From: a virus
Taxonomy: Duplodnaviria > Caudoviricetes
DNA: 64,000 bases
Direction: 5' to 3' (one strand)
Virus record (IMG/VR): IMGVR_UViG_3300028805_000096
Coordinates: 1-64,000 of that record
Below the pieces are notes generated by a model, which saw only the letters and a list, made by a program, of their open reading frames with translations, searched no databases and was not told where the DNA came from. Below, piece by piece: positions 11,925 to 25,894 of the stretch; within the stretch, counting starts at the first letter, position 1, and each line of letters begins with the position of its first letter. Made by a program: the position numbers and the translations under genes.

Positions 11925-14861
11925 ATGGCATACGATTACGATAAAATGAAATCAGCTTATCAACAGCTTACTAAACAACAGCAACAAGACTGGGTAAACC
12001 AGAATAAAGATAATGCTAATGTCCAAAGATTTGCTAAAGAATATGCTGCTGAGATAGGATGAACAAAAACATCTACTCCATCTACTACCAGCACAACTTC
12101 TACAGCTTCTAAGACTACCCCAACTACTACTTATACATCTAAGCCAGAGTATCAAGGACAATGATGAATTACTACTAAAAACGACCCTAGTTCTAGTCCT
12201 TATGTAAACCAATGACAATGACAATACACATATAACCCTACTAGCTGATATTACGAGGTTAAATGACAAACTACTCAGACACAGTGATGAGATAAGATTA
12301 GACAATATTGGGATAGTTTATCTTATGAAGAACAACAGCAGAAGCTAAAAGAAAACCCAAATCTTAGAGCTAGTTTAGCTAAATATTGAGCTACTGAGAA
12401 GCAACAAGAGGTTAAGCCAGAGACTAAACCAGAATGATGAGAAACCCCATCAGAATGATGGGACTACCAAAGTGATAGTCCAGAAAGAATGGCTGAAATC
12501 GCTGCTAACCTAGAATGATATAAACAAACAATGCCTTATCTATTTAACGATAAGAGAGCATTTGATGATTTCTTTATTAACTGAAAAGGAAGAAGCCAAG
12601 CTCAAATAGATTTCCTTAATCAATGGTTTGAGAATAATAAAAAATACGGTAAATATGATGCTTTAACTCCAGATAGTATTTGATATTGAATAGCTTATGG
12701 GGACATTCCAGAAGACTATCTTACTATGTTAAAGACTACAGACCCAGCAAAGTATCAAGCTGCTTTACAAGCTAAGCAAGATGCTGAGGATAAGATAAAA
12801 GACAAAACTTCATTAGATACTACAAGTATATTATCTTGAGAGAGCGAAGATACAATAACTTCTAAAGCTATTGAATGGTTAAAGTCTCAATGATTATTCC
12901 TAGATAATGATGGAAACCTTATAGATGATAGAACTGAGAACTATGCTACTGATGAAGAAAAACAATATGCAAAAGATGCTGCTGATATAATAGCAAGAAA
13001 CTTAGATATAGATAATACGGTTAAACATACTTATGAAGATTTAGTAAAGAAATATCCTTGAGCTACTAAAGCTACGCTTATGGCTATGGCACAAGATACT
13101 AATGCTGATTTGCTTAGAGAAAAAGAGAACAACAATGTTGAACTCACAAGATTACAATGATATATGAACTATATGCAGACTGAAAGACAAGAAAGGAACA
13201 GAGTTTGAGAGAATGCTATAAATCAACTACAAAAGCAATATGGTATGTATTATCAATATACACCACAATGAATGTCTGAATTAGCACAAGCTCAATATGC
13301 TGCTACTAATGTTACATTAGACCAAGCTGATTATGGTACAGATACTCAGAAACAGATGGCTCTTGATAGAGTTCTTACTTCTATATACCAACAGTATGGA
13401 GACATTATTCAAAGACCTATGGCACAAGTTATTAACGATGTTATGGCTTTAGCTAAAAACAAAGGTATTAGCTTATCACAAGCTCTTGAAGAAAACTTTA
13501 TGTCTTTCCTTAGACAGAAGCCAGAATATCAACAGATGCAATCTATGCTCTCTGAACCTAATTTACAGATTATTTGATACAATAGTGACTGAAAGGCTGT
13601 TTACTGATATTGGGACAGTGCTACAAAAACTTTTAAGCAAGTAAGTGTATGAGCTGGTGGAATTTCTACTTGATGAACTACTTGAGATGGAACATCATAT
13701 ATTACTAATATACAGCCATTAAATAATTTTATAAGCGACCTTGAAACAAAATATGATATCGCATCTGAGTGATGAACTTGATGATGAAAGATAAGAGGTT
13801 GATGATGCTGAACAGTAGTAAATGACTATCTTGGAAGTGTATGAGATAACATCAAACTATCAGAGGCTAATGATATAAAGCCTTATGCTACTAGCAAAGT
13901 GCCAGCCGAATGAGCAGTAGCTTACTTTGACTGAACTCAGTCACGAGCAACTCCAGAAACTAAAAAACACGGTCACGTTTGAATAGTAGTTTCAGATAAT
14001 GGAGATACAATAACTGTGTTAGAGAGTAATGAAGGAACTTGACTTAGATATAAAGATTATAAAAAGTCTAGCGTTACTGGTTACTATGTGCCAGAATGAA
14101 TAAAGACAAATGAATATAAACAAAGTGAATATGGGGATGCTTTTATAGATGCTGCCAATATAATAAAACCAAAAATGCCTTCTAATGAGGCTAGGTCAGA
14201 TTTTATGGATACTGTACAAAAGTATTTGGATGTATGAAAATACACGACAGCTTATGAATATATAATGTCTAACGCAAGAAATGTGGCATCAGATAGTGCT
14301 ACTAGAGAAAAGCTAAATGCCGCCGAAACTGCAATGATAGATTTAGTTGCAATTAAGGATGCTCTTGAGGCGTATTATGCAGCTTGATGAGAAACTTGAA
14401 TATTACAATGAAATCTTGAAGATGTTGCCAATGCTTTAGGGAATACAACAGACCGTAGATTAGTTTGACTTACTACGAAAATAGCAGAGGCTATACAAGC
14501 ATATAGGAAGAATATATCTTGAACGGCTTTCTCAGAAAAAGAAGCAGAAGACTATGAAAAACTATTCCCTACTATAAAGGCTTGACAAGAGTATAATACA
14601 GCTAAGTTAGAAGAAGTCTTACAAAGTATGATTACTAGAGCTAACTGATTATACGGTAATTTAATTTGACCTAATGTATATAAAAACCTATTGACAGCTC
14701 ACGAAAGTGCAACGTGAAGAAAATACTCTGCATTCGAAGAACAGAGTGACTTGTACCAATACTTAAAGGATAATTGATATTTAAGCACTGATTGAAACGT
14801 TAAAGAACCACAAGACTTTGTTTCATATATGCAGAACATAAGAAAAGGGAAAAGATTTTAG
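11925..14861 (+). CDS. DNA ejection protein with CHAP-like peptidoglycan hydrolase domain (about 13790-14100)
   Basis: GGGCGTVVNDYL...AVAYFDG...HGHVGIV...TVLESN; homologous to 61114-63666. Confidence 0.8.
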
Positions 14862-14879
14862 TTTGTAATATTACAACAA

Positions 14880-17387
14880 ATGTGAATATTGAGCCAATCT
14901 CAAGAAAATAAAAGAAGGCTAAACACAGCTATACAGAATACTATGCAACAGCAAAATATTGCAGATAAAAGTATTTGAGCAGAACAACCTATTTGATATA
15001 AAAGCCTTCGTGATGATATTACTTCAGTTGATACTCTGCAAGAGAGAAATACTGCTAAGAGTGTTTCTGATTTAATTAAACACAGAGTAACGCTTAGAAA
15101 AGCGATGGCTAACTGAAATCTTACAAGCTGAAATGAGGCTGCCGATTACTTAGAGATGAGAAGATGATGACTTGTAGATATATTCGCTGATTATATGATG
15201 CAGAATAAAGAACTCATAAAAGATGATGCTTCAGCACAGTTGCTACAAGATACTATTAAAAAAGAGCCAGAAGCCATTATATGATATATGAAGAATGTTC
15301 TAAAGAACCAGTACCCAGATACTTATGAAGAAAAGAATAAGGCAATAGATGATTATATTATGAAGTGATGAAAGCTTAATGATGTTATGGACTTCATAAC
15401 AGAGAAGAACGCTACTCCATATTGAACTCCTAAAGAAGAAAAGCTAGAGTGAACTAACCCAATTCTTAACTTCTTATGAAGCACCGTAGCAACTCCTATT
15501 AGAGAGATATGATGACTTACTCAAATAGCTTGAGATAAGCTATGATTAGACAAGCAACAAGAGGAAATAGCAAGAAAGACTGCTACTGTTGAATGAGTAT
15601 CTACACAATGATATAATGAATACAAGGCAACTTGAAAGCTACCAAGTAAATTTTCAGAAGATTACGCTAACCTATATAAATGATATGATGATGCTGTAAA
15701 GGACTGATTTATAGGTAGCGTGGAAGAATATAACAATTACTTATGAGATGTAGCAGTTGCTACTGATAAAACATTTAAGCAACTTGCCGATGACTTTACA
15801 GAGAAATACTTGTTTAACCCAAATGAAGCTTGAGCAGAACCTTGACAAGTGTTCTGAGATATAATGAGTATAGTTTTAACTGAATTATCAACAGCTTGAG
15901 CCGCCACTCCAGAATTAGCTGCTACAAAACTTCCTAAATATGCTAAATATGCAAAATGGTTATATCAATGACTTAAATGATGAGCAGAGTTCCAAGCTCT
16001 TGAAGATGCTTATGAATGAGAGTTATCAGATGTACCAGAATATGCTAAATCAGCACTTACTAATATGGTACTAAAATGATGACTAGAAAGCTTATGAAAG
16101 CTTGCAAAGCGATGAATATGAAAGCTGGCTAAATCTTTCTGATGAATTACTGAAAGAGGAGAAGTCGCTTTAGCTTGAGAAACTCCTACATCATCTGCTG
16201 AAAAGATTAAGATAATTAAAGAAAGCAAATGAACCAACCCAGAGAGAACTCCAGAGAAAGAAATAATAAAAAGATTTCTTAATTTTAGGAAAAAGGTTAA
16301 GGATGATGTGACTTTGTTAAAATGAAAGCAAAGAGATATTGAAAGGGCTTACAAATGAGAAGAAGACCCATCAGATTTAGCAAGTAGATTAAATGAGAAT
16401 TTTGCTAAATCAAAGAACCCAGATATTATGTGAGAACAGACAGCTAAGGTAAGTCCAGAAATTCAGATTTGAGAAACTAGAAAAGAACAGTTGATTAGAG
16501 AAAGAGATGCCGCCGCTACATATAAAGCAGAAAAGGATGCGGCTAAAGCGGAATGAGAAAGATTATCAAAGCTATCTCCAGAACAAAGGGATAGAGAATT
16601 AGAGATAAAAGATATAGAAAAATGAGAAAAGGCTAAAAAGGCTGCCGAAGAAGAAAGAAGAAGAAAATATGAATTTAGAGTTGATAGAGAAGAACTATTA
16701 AAGAGCTGATATTGAAAAGACAATGTAGCGTTAATAGATGTTCTAAAAGAAGAATGGAATAAGATGTTTGTTAAGGAAGGTAGAGAGTTCAATGCTTCTA
16801 ACCTTTGGGAACTTACAAAGTTAGTAGAAAGCAAGTCAGCTTGAACTGAATGAACTAAAGAGATAGTTGGTGCTATTAAAGATACTATGGAACAAATATC
16901 TGAATGATTATGATGAGATTATGGTAAACTTGCTAAAGAGAGTTGGAGTAAGTCAGATATATTGCAGTGACTTGATGATGTGTTATGAAAACTCACTAGA
17001 AGGACATCTGAAGCTTGATGAGAAATTGCCGCTTCTGAGGCTTGAGAAAAGGTATTAAAATGAAATTTAAGAGAGCTATTATCTCAAGCTAAAAAATACT
17101 ATGGCGATGACCTAAATAGAGAAATTGATAGTTGGCTTATTCATTTGGCAATATATGACCCAGAAAAAGCTGCTGAACTAGCAAAGAACATATATCCATC
17201 TCTACCTTGAGTATTAGAATTGCTTATCAATGGAGGTAAGATGATTGCTACGAAGAAAGCGGCTAAAAATATAATAGAAAAGAACGCACCAGAAGTGCCA
17301 GAAAAGATAAGTGTTTGGGATGCTATATGAAGAAGTGTCCGCTGAAAAACAGCAGAGTGACTTGTAGATTTTGGACAAAGATTTTAG
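14880..17387 (+). CDS. large ejection / internal virion protein
   Basis: About 835 codons open with TGA=Gly; follows the CHAP protein. Confidence 0.7.
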
Positions 17388-17406
17388 TTAATATAAACCA
17401 TAAATT

Positions 17407-18444
17407 ATGGAACAAATTGCAGTAAACTTTACAGATGGATGAGTGCCAAAGACTTGACTAACTCCATTAGCTACGATTATAGACCTTAACGGTAATGTAA
17501 TGGTAGAGAACGGTGTATGTAAAGAACTATGATACTGATGGTATATTTACAGCTTTGATAGATACTCTCCAGAAAAAGTATATCTATACGTATTTGATGG
17601 ATGAGATACTCTTGAGAGCGATTATGATAGATATAAGTTCTGAGGTAATGAGCTTGATGCTTACTCTAATAAATATTCTTGGGGTAGAACTGCTGCACCT
17701 TACTTTACTTCTGTTAATGGTAGATTTGATAGAATAGATAAGTCTATTAAAGATGCTGTAAAGAGCAGAAAAATCTATGATGATAAAGAGGTAAGAAAAG
17801 GTTTAGCAGAAATCAAGAAAGAAATCAAAGGTAAAGGTTGATATGATGTTTATAAGAGGTTAGATAGCCTTGGAAATATTTTAGAGGAGGTTAAACAGTC
17901 AGTAGTTGACACAAGTGCCACTAATGATTGAAACAGCTCTAAGAATTTCTCTGGTATCAATGGAAAGCTTGATTTAATGGCAGAATATGTTGTTAAAATC
18001 AAAGAAGATATTGATAATCAACTTTCTAGCTTAGATGAGAATGTAGCACAAAAGATACAAGAAAGCAATGATAACATAAACCAATGAATGTCTAATAGAG
18101 TAACTATTGAACAGCTATTACAGCAAGTAGAGAGATTAGAGAATAAACTTAATGAGGTTGTAGATAGTGTAGTTTCTGAAAGACTGCCACAAGAACTTAC
18201 AGATAAATATGATGTAAATGTAAGTAGAAAAGGTTGAATGTCTGATGAAGAAATAATGGCTGCATTAGGTATCCCAGAGAATGAATGAAATCAATATTGA
18301 CTTAATCAGTGATTAAATGAATGAATGGAAATGTGAATGGAAGAAGGGTTGAGTGAGGGTTTATGAGAAGCTAGAGAACAATGAGTTAATGCACCAGTAG
18401 ATATGCAGTGAATAGCAGAACCAGAAATGCCTTTAAATTATTAA
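17407..18444 (+). CDS. hypothetical virion-region protein
   Basis: Open with TGA=Gly; coiled coil and GLNEGMEMGMEEG tail. Confidence 0.7.
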
Positions 18445-18455
18445 TTCTAAATTAG

Positions 18456-21092
18456 ATGGTACAAATCATAACTAACAGCAACTGATGAGGATGAGTTTGA
18501 TTATACAAATACAAGGGAAGCGTTGATTACTATGCAGACTTGCCTACTTCGTGATTGAAAGTATGAGATACTTATAATGTAGTTAATGCTTTCACTAAAG
18601 ATGGTAAAGATTACCCAGCTTGAACTAATGTAGCTTGGACTGGTAGTGACCGAGACCCATTATGATGAAGCATAGACCTAAGCGATTATCAAAAGAAGTT
18701 AGTTGAATGAGAATGAATAGACTTAGACCAAGATACTAATGAAATCAGTGTAGATACAACAGTTATTGCTACAAAGCAAGACTTAACTACTAAGCAAGAT
18801 GTAATATCAGACTTAGATACTATTAGAAGTTGAGCTGCATTATGAGCCACATCTATACAACCTTGAGATAATGTAAGTGAATTAGTTAATGATGCTGGTT
18901 ATCTTGTAAGTTCAGACTTAAAACAATCTGACTGGGGGCAAACTGATAGCTCTAAAATAGATTACATAAAGAATAAACCAACCATTTGAAATGGTACTTT
19001 GACGGTTAGTAGAAACTGAGTACAAATTAACACTTTTAGTGCTAATCAAACTTCTAATAGCTGAGTAGATATAAGTGTGCCTACTAAAACGTCTGATATA
19101 GAGAATGATAGCTGATATATCGATAAAACTGTTTCTAACTTAGATAATTACACATTAAGCTCTAACTTATGTGCAGTCGCTACAAGCTGAAAATATTGTG
19201 ACCTATCTGGTAGAGTTACTGATAACTCTCAAATAGCAAACGGATGTGGTTATATCACTTCTGCAGCATTAAGTCCTTATGCTAAATGTACTGATATTCC
19301 TACTGATAACTGTCAGTTAGCAAATGGATGTTGATATATTACTTGAATTAGTAGCACAGATGTAACTGACGCTCTATGATACACCCCATACAACTCTACT
19401 AACCCTAATGGTTATACGACTTGTACTGGTACATTAGTTGCATCAGATTTAACGCCTTATGCTAAAACTTGTGATATAAGCTGTGTATGAAAAACTAACC
19501 AATACTGCGACCTAACTTGACTTCCTACAATACCTTGAGTAATTGATGCTCTTAATTCTTCTTGTACTAATCAAGCATTAAGTGCAAAACAAGGTTGCGT
19601 ATTAAATAGCTGTGTATCTGCAATTAACTGAAAGATACCTAGTGCTGCTACTACTTCTAATCAATTAGCAGATAAGGCTTTTGTAAATAGTTCTATCAAC
19701 GCTTTAGCAGCTTTCTATATTACAAAGAATGCAGCTTGAGACCAATTTGATACTTATGCTGAGTTGGTTTGAGCTACAACATATTACAGTGGATGAGTAG
19801 TTAGAGTTCCTACTACTAACGATTATGCAATAGTTAAATCTGATGAAAACCATAGTGGAGAAACGACTAGATATAGTTATCAAACAAGCCAATGGGAATA
19901 CCAATATACTGTTAACGAAACTCCTTTAACTCAAAGTCAATTAGATGCTCTAAACTCTTGAATTACTAGTGGTAAAGTATCTACTTATGACTGATATGCT
20001 ACATCTAAACAAGATGTATCTAATATGGTATGTACTTTAAGTTGAGCTGATGATGCACATTATCCATCAGCAAAGGCAGTAGCAGACGCTCTAAGTTGTG
20101 CTTGAGCTTGAGATATGCTAAAGAGTGTATATGACCCTAACAACTGTAACACAGATGCTTTCAACTATAACAATCTGTACAATAAGCCTACAATACCTAC
20201 AAATAACAATCAATTAACTAATGGATGCTGATATACTACTTGTACTGGTACTCTTACAGCTTCTAATATATCTGATGCTGCTTATAGTAGTTCTTGGAAT
20301 TGAGTAACTACTGTTGCACCTTCTAAGAATGCTGTATATGATAAAATAGAAAGTGTAATATCTAGTATCCCTACAAACAATAATCAACTTTCTAACTGAT
20401 GTGGTTATACTACTTGTACTTGAACATTGGTAGCAAGCGACTTAACTCCTTATGCAAAAAGTGCAGATTTAGCTGCTGTTGCTACAAGTGGTAAATACTG
20501 TGACTTATCTTGACTTCCTACAATATGAACAGCCACTTTAACAATTCAGAAAAACGGTACTACTGTTAATACTTTCTGAGCTAATGCTACTTCAAATGTA
20601 ACAGCAAATATTACAGTTCCTACAGATACTTGAGATTTATCTAATAATGCTTGATTTATTACAGCTTCAGACTTAACCAATGGTAGCTGAATATCTATTA
20701 GTTGAACTACTATATCTAACAGTTGAGTTCTATCTGTTAATGGCAATACTTGAGCTGTAACTGTTTCAGAGTTCACGCCTTGAAGCTGAACAACTTGACA
20801 AATACTTACAAAGACTGCTACTGGATATGCTTATTGTGACGCACCAGCTACTTGAATACAATCATCTAATAATACTTATGATAATATCATACATTTATCA
20901 CAATCAGATTATGATAATCTAGGGACTTATGATGATGAAACATTATACTCTACACCAGATGGAGAGGCTTGAAGTTTTGTAGATAATACAGCTTTTTGAC
21001 CTAGTTGGGATGGAGTAGTAGATAAAGCACCTAGTATGAATGCTATATATGATGTATTAGGAGATGTTGAAACTTTACTTGCTAATATATAA
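18456..21092 (+). CDS. tail fibre protein, Cys-enriched repeats
   Basis: Fibre repeats PTKTSDIENDSGY, AVATSGKYCDL, PTNNNQLTNGCGY, VTTVAPSKNAVYDKI. Confidence 0.85.
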
Positions 21093-21097
21093 AATAG

Positions 21098-22654
21098 ATG
21101 ACAATAGCTAGTGAAATAAGCAGATTACAGAATGCTAAAGCTGATATATGTACAGCTATAGAGAATAAATGAGTAACTGTATGAGATATAACTTTAGATA
21201 AATATTCTTGTTGTATTGATGCAATAAGTAGTGGTTGATGATGACCTTATTATATAGATTATTTAGCTGTTGGTTGATGAGGTTGATGATGATATTATTG
21301 TTATAATAACCAATATTGTCCATCTTGATGATGATGATGAGGTTGAAATGTAGTAGAATGATGTTGCGAGCAAATACCAGTATCTGTGCCAGTTATTATA
21401 GGTAAATGAGGTAAATGATGAGCATTTTGTTGAGAAGAATGATGAAATACTACTATATGAAGTATAGTATATGCACAATGATGATGAGCTGGAAATCAAC
21501 GTTGTACTTCTTGCTATACTTGAGGTATTAGTTGAACTTGATGTGATTGATGATATTCTTGAAATACTGAAATGATGGGTGGCTGATGATGATGAGCGAC
21601 TTGATGTGGTAGTTGTTCTTCAGTTTATACTACAGCATCTAATTGATGAGCTTGAAAATGTTGATATTGATGATGATGATGAGGTTGATGAGTTTGTACT
21701 TATTGAGTTTGATGTGATTGATGATGAAATTGAGCTTGCAGATATAACTCATCTACTTGCCGTCCTTGTGCATATGCTACTAATGCAACTAATTGTTGAT
21801 GATGATGAGGATGAGGTTATCCTTGAGGAAATTGAGCTTGATGAATAGTTAAAATATCATACCCAGCAGATTGAAGTTATTGATTTGAAAAAGCAGAATG
21901 AGGAGTAATTACTTGTGAAGGTTGAATAATAACTCATACATTCACAGAAAGTTGAGAGTTTAGGATAGCCCACGAAGATGGTTTATGCTATGTAAATTAT
22001 ATGGTTGTGTGATGATGATGAGCACCAAGAAAAGGCTCTACTTCTATGGGTGGTGCTTGATGAGAGGTAATATTATGAAGAATATCCGTTGAGTGATGTT
22101 TAGGTATAACAATAGGATGCTGATGAAATTGTTGTACTTGATATGAAAGTTGATGAAATAGTAAATTAGATTATTGAGGATGATGTATTATAGCAACTTG
22201 AGGTAAATTTGGAAGTTTTAATAAGAATTATATATCGTGAAGTTGTTGAAGTTCACAATATATGCCTTGATGAGCTTGAGCCAGATGAAATTGATGAGAT
22301 GCTGAATTTAGCTATTCAAGATGATGAGCTTGATGACAATGATATTGATGCTATTGATGGGGATGAGATTGAGGAGGATGCCGTTGTAGAAGTCATACAG
22401 GTACTTGATGAGTTTGATGAAGTTACTATGCTAGTTATGATTGATGCGATGCCACTTGTTATTGAAGTTGATGATGAGGTAGTTATAGTAGTTGATATCC
22501 TTGAAAGTGATGTCAATGAGTAGTAGATATATGCTATCCTACAGATTGAAGTTATTGATTTATGAGTGCTACTTGATGAGATTGTTGTTATACTTGTGAT
22601 GGGATGTGCGTACATAGATTTACTTCTAACTGAACATTTACAATAGTTAGTTAA
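21098..22654 (+). CDS. Gly/Cys-rich tail protein with two glycine-rich domains
   Basis: MTIASEISRLQNAKADIC...; YLAVGGGGGGG and HTFTESG/HRFTSNGTF motifs; most Gly are TGA. Confidence 0.85.
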
Positions 22655-22677
22655 TTTAATTTATAATTAATATATAA

Positions 22678-23187
22678 ATGGCTTTATATAGATGAAGTAC
22701 AAAACTAGCTGGTATATGAGCTTGATTTAACCCTACAAATCTATGAACTCCTAACCAAGTTTTGAAAAGGAATAGTAATTGATATGGATGGGATGATGTA
22801 AACGAAGTACCTAGCTGATGAACTGAAGGACAAGTTCTAACAAAATGAGCTAGTGGTTTTTGATGGGCGGATGCTGCTTGATGATGAGATTTTACACTTT
22901 TGGCTACTTTGACACGGAAATGAAGTAAAACACTTAGTATTACTTGATACAAGGCTATTTTATTTGTGGCTACATACAGATACTGAAGTTACAGCCAATA
23001 TTACGCTAGTTCTGCCACTATTCCCACAGATGTAATAAGCACTATTATTCAATGAGGAGGAAGCTTAAAAGTTGAGATGAAAAAATTATACAACGATAAT
23101 ACTGTAGCCTATGTTGATATAAATAGCTCTTTAGTATTCTCTAATAATTCATCTGCAGACCCTATATATGTCTACTGAATTAGTTAA
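22678..23187 (+). CDS. tail-associated protein
   Basis: PSGGTEGQVLTK...GW repeats typical of fibre proteins. Confidence 0.7.
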
Positions 23188-23278
23188 TTTTAACTCTTAA
23201 TATAATAACAAATGGCTTGTGGAAGATGATGAAAAAAGAAGTAGAAAAAACAAAAATTTATCTTTTAATCAAAATAAG

Positions 23279-23518
23279 ATGAAGAACTTTCGAACTAAAC
23301 TAAGTGTAACCAAATTAGTATTAATAATTATGGTATTAATACTAGGTTTCCAAACTGTGTATCTAACCCTACAATGAGTAGAAACATCTCTATTTAACAA
23401 TGTTATGCTATCTATCATTGCTTTCTATTTCGGTCAAAAGAGTATGCAGTATTCAGAGCCAGATAGTTTAATGAAAGATTTACCTACAGAAAATGAAAAA
23501 AATGGAAGTAATATTTAA
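23279..23518 (+). CDS. putative holin
   Basis: Two hydrophobic segments, AFYFGQK motif; homologous to 42951-43199. Confidence 0.7.
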
Positions 23519-23726
23519 CTACATAACTGACCCAAATACTATAGTAACATTGATAGCTTTTATCTTTGGAGTTTGAGTTGCTTGGAGTAACTTAAATTCC
23601 AAGGTAAAGGACATAGAAAAGAGAGTAGAGAAGATAGAAGATTTAGACTTAGATAGCAGACTAACTAAAATGCAAGTTGATTTAGACCGAATAAAAACTG
23701 TACTAAGTGAAATCAAAAAGAAATAA
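23502..23726 (+). CDS. small membrane protein with coiled coil (lysis cassette)
   Basis: One TM segment then coiled coil ending MQVDLDWIK. Confidence 0.7.
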
Positions 23727-24120
23727 GTCAAGCTAAAGAAAAAATTTACTATTGATTTATCTATTTTTAGTTGCAGTATAAAGATACTTTATATCTGCCT
23801 AATCAAAAATGAAAGAAACAACACACAAATATAAAGATAACTATGTTATATTGAGATTTGATGAGAACGAGAAAGACTGGAGGACGAACTGAAGAAGCGA
23901 GTATTGGACTTGAGATGGATGGAAGCCTTGACCTGATAATGCTAAAAAATTCTTGTTTGAAGAATGGGCAGAACAAGAATTAATATCTATTAGGATAAAG
24001 AGGGCTGCTTTACTTAAATGATAAATATGGTGGACTATATTGAGTGGATAATATATAAGATAAGCAAGCTATTTACTAATGCTAGAATGAGGAAAATTAT
24101 TTCAGCATATAAAAGCAAGT

Positions 24121-24435
24121 ATGAAAAGAGAAAATAAATATAACATACATCACTGGCTTCCTAAAAGCAGATGATGAGATAACAACGATTTGAACTGTGA
24201 AATGATAAAGGTCACAACTCACGATGCTATCCACACTTTGTTTAGCAATATGATATTCCCAGAGCAGATAGAGAGTTTAACAAGTAGAACTTCTAGGGTA
24301 TTATTGCCAGAGATACAGAGGGAATTACAAGAGTGGTTAAGCATTAGAGATATACACGACCCTACACAATGGTATAAAGAATGATGTATTTTAATGCCAA
24401 AAAAACACAAATGGATAAATTTAGATACTGAGTAG
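24121..24435 (+). CDS. HNH-motif protein
   Basis: HHWLPKSRGGDNNDLN...HDAIH. Confidence 0.7.
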
Positions 24436-24592
24436 AATGAGATAAGTGCAGACAAGGGATAGGATGGAAAGAGACTTGTTGGAAATGTAGTTTTGAGTTG
24501 CTATGTTTATTTCAACAAAACCAAGAAAGAATATGAAGTGATATTCACGAAGCAAAGAAGACTTCAGACATTTAATTTATAATAAATACAAA

Positions 24593-24826
24593 ATGAGCAA
24601 AAAAGAATTAACTTATGTCTTTTGACCGGACTGTTCTAAATGCCATCAACTTAGACCATACGTAGAGAAATGGTGTAGTGAGAATGGATATAACTTTGTT
24701 CCTATGCAGTATTGAGAAGACTTATTAGATATAACTTCAATACCTACTGCTATACTTGATAGAGGAGATGGAAAGGAGATGTTAGATTTTGATGGAATTG
24801 TACAGCTTTTATCTTCTAAAAAATAA
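24593..24826 (+). CDS. thioredoxin/glutaredoxin-like CxxC protein
   Basis: FGPDCSKCHQL and SIPT cis-Pro-like motif. Confidence 0.75.
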
Positions 24827-24828
24827 CA

Positions 24829-25677
24829 ATGGCTGACATTAACTGATGTTTATGATTAGGGGAGGCTACCTCTGATTTTTTATTATCTGCCGAAGAAATA
24901 GATACTCTACCAGAGATACCTATGCAAGATACTAAGATATTTGAGTATAACCAATGAACTACTCCTCACTGTACTTTATACTCTGCTTTATGAGCTGTCT
25001 CAGACTTGTTTAACTATGAATGGAAACAAAATGAGATAGATGAGATAGTAGAAGAAAGCTATAAGAGAGGTAGAGTTAAATGAGAATGATGGTATATTAA
25101 GTTGGCTGTTAATCTTGTAGCTGACTATTGGAATGAACATCATTCAGATTTAGGTAAGGTTGTATATTATAGAGTTAGTCTATATGATACTGAATTAGTT
25201 GATAAAATCTTACAAAAGAACTATACACTATGTAGCTGATATAAATGAAATACTGCCTATAAGAATGATAGAGACGATAACTGAGTATTAAACTGAACAT
25301 CTTTCTGAGCTTCTACTTACTGACACGCTGTTAGTTGGATAGGTAGAGGGGGTAAGAGATTTATTAAGGACAATTATAAAGGAAGAAAGAAATGAAAGCT
25401 ATCTACTAATATATATGAAGTAGAGCATAAACCATCTGAATTAGTTAGTGGATGATGTTATTATGCTGATGCTTATCTATACATAAAAGTAGATAACTCT
25501 GAAGAGATAAAAAGATTAGAAACTTTGAAGACAGAATGTAATAATTGTATCAAACAGTTATGAATTATACGACATTTAGTGAATGATACGAATTTTCAGT
25601 GAATTTTACACTATACAGCAGACAAACTTAGAGCGAAAATAGCTGATGCAGATAGAGAGCTCAGTAAGTACCGTTAG
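24829..25677 (+). CDS. papain-like cysteine peptidase, probable endolysin
   Basis: YNQG...HCTLYSA (Cys), YGHAVS (His), IKDNY; lies at the end of the lysis cassette. Confidence 0.7.
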
Positions 25678-25845
25678 TGAAATGAAAATAAGACACGTAG
25701 AAATTCTGAGCTGAATAATTATTCATCTGTGAATATAAACGTGTCTTAAAATAATCAATTTACTTTACATTTATATCATAACTATATATAATATGCCTTG
25801 TGGATGAAGAGGAGGAAAGAGGAAATAAAAAATTCTTTCCAACTT

Positions 25846-25876
25846 AAAAAGAGAGAATAAACATCTCTCTTTTTTT
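25846..25876. terminator. bidirectional terminator between convergent operons
   Basis: AAAAAGAGAGA-loop-TCTCTCTTTTTT. Confidence 0.75.
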
Positions 25877-25894
25877 GGTTATGATTTTTTGTGA

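Noticed and set aside
21579-22523. Track ORFs rich in D/E/V (21579-21848, 22209-22523)
   Set aside because: Off-frame shadows of the TGA-rich glycine gene (TGA repeats read as GAT/ATG).
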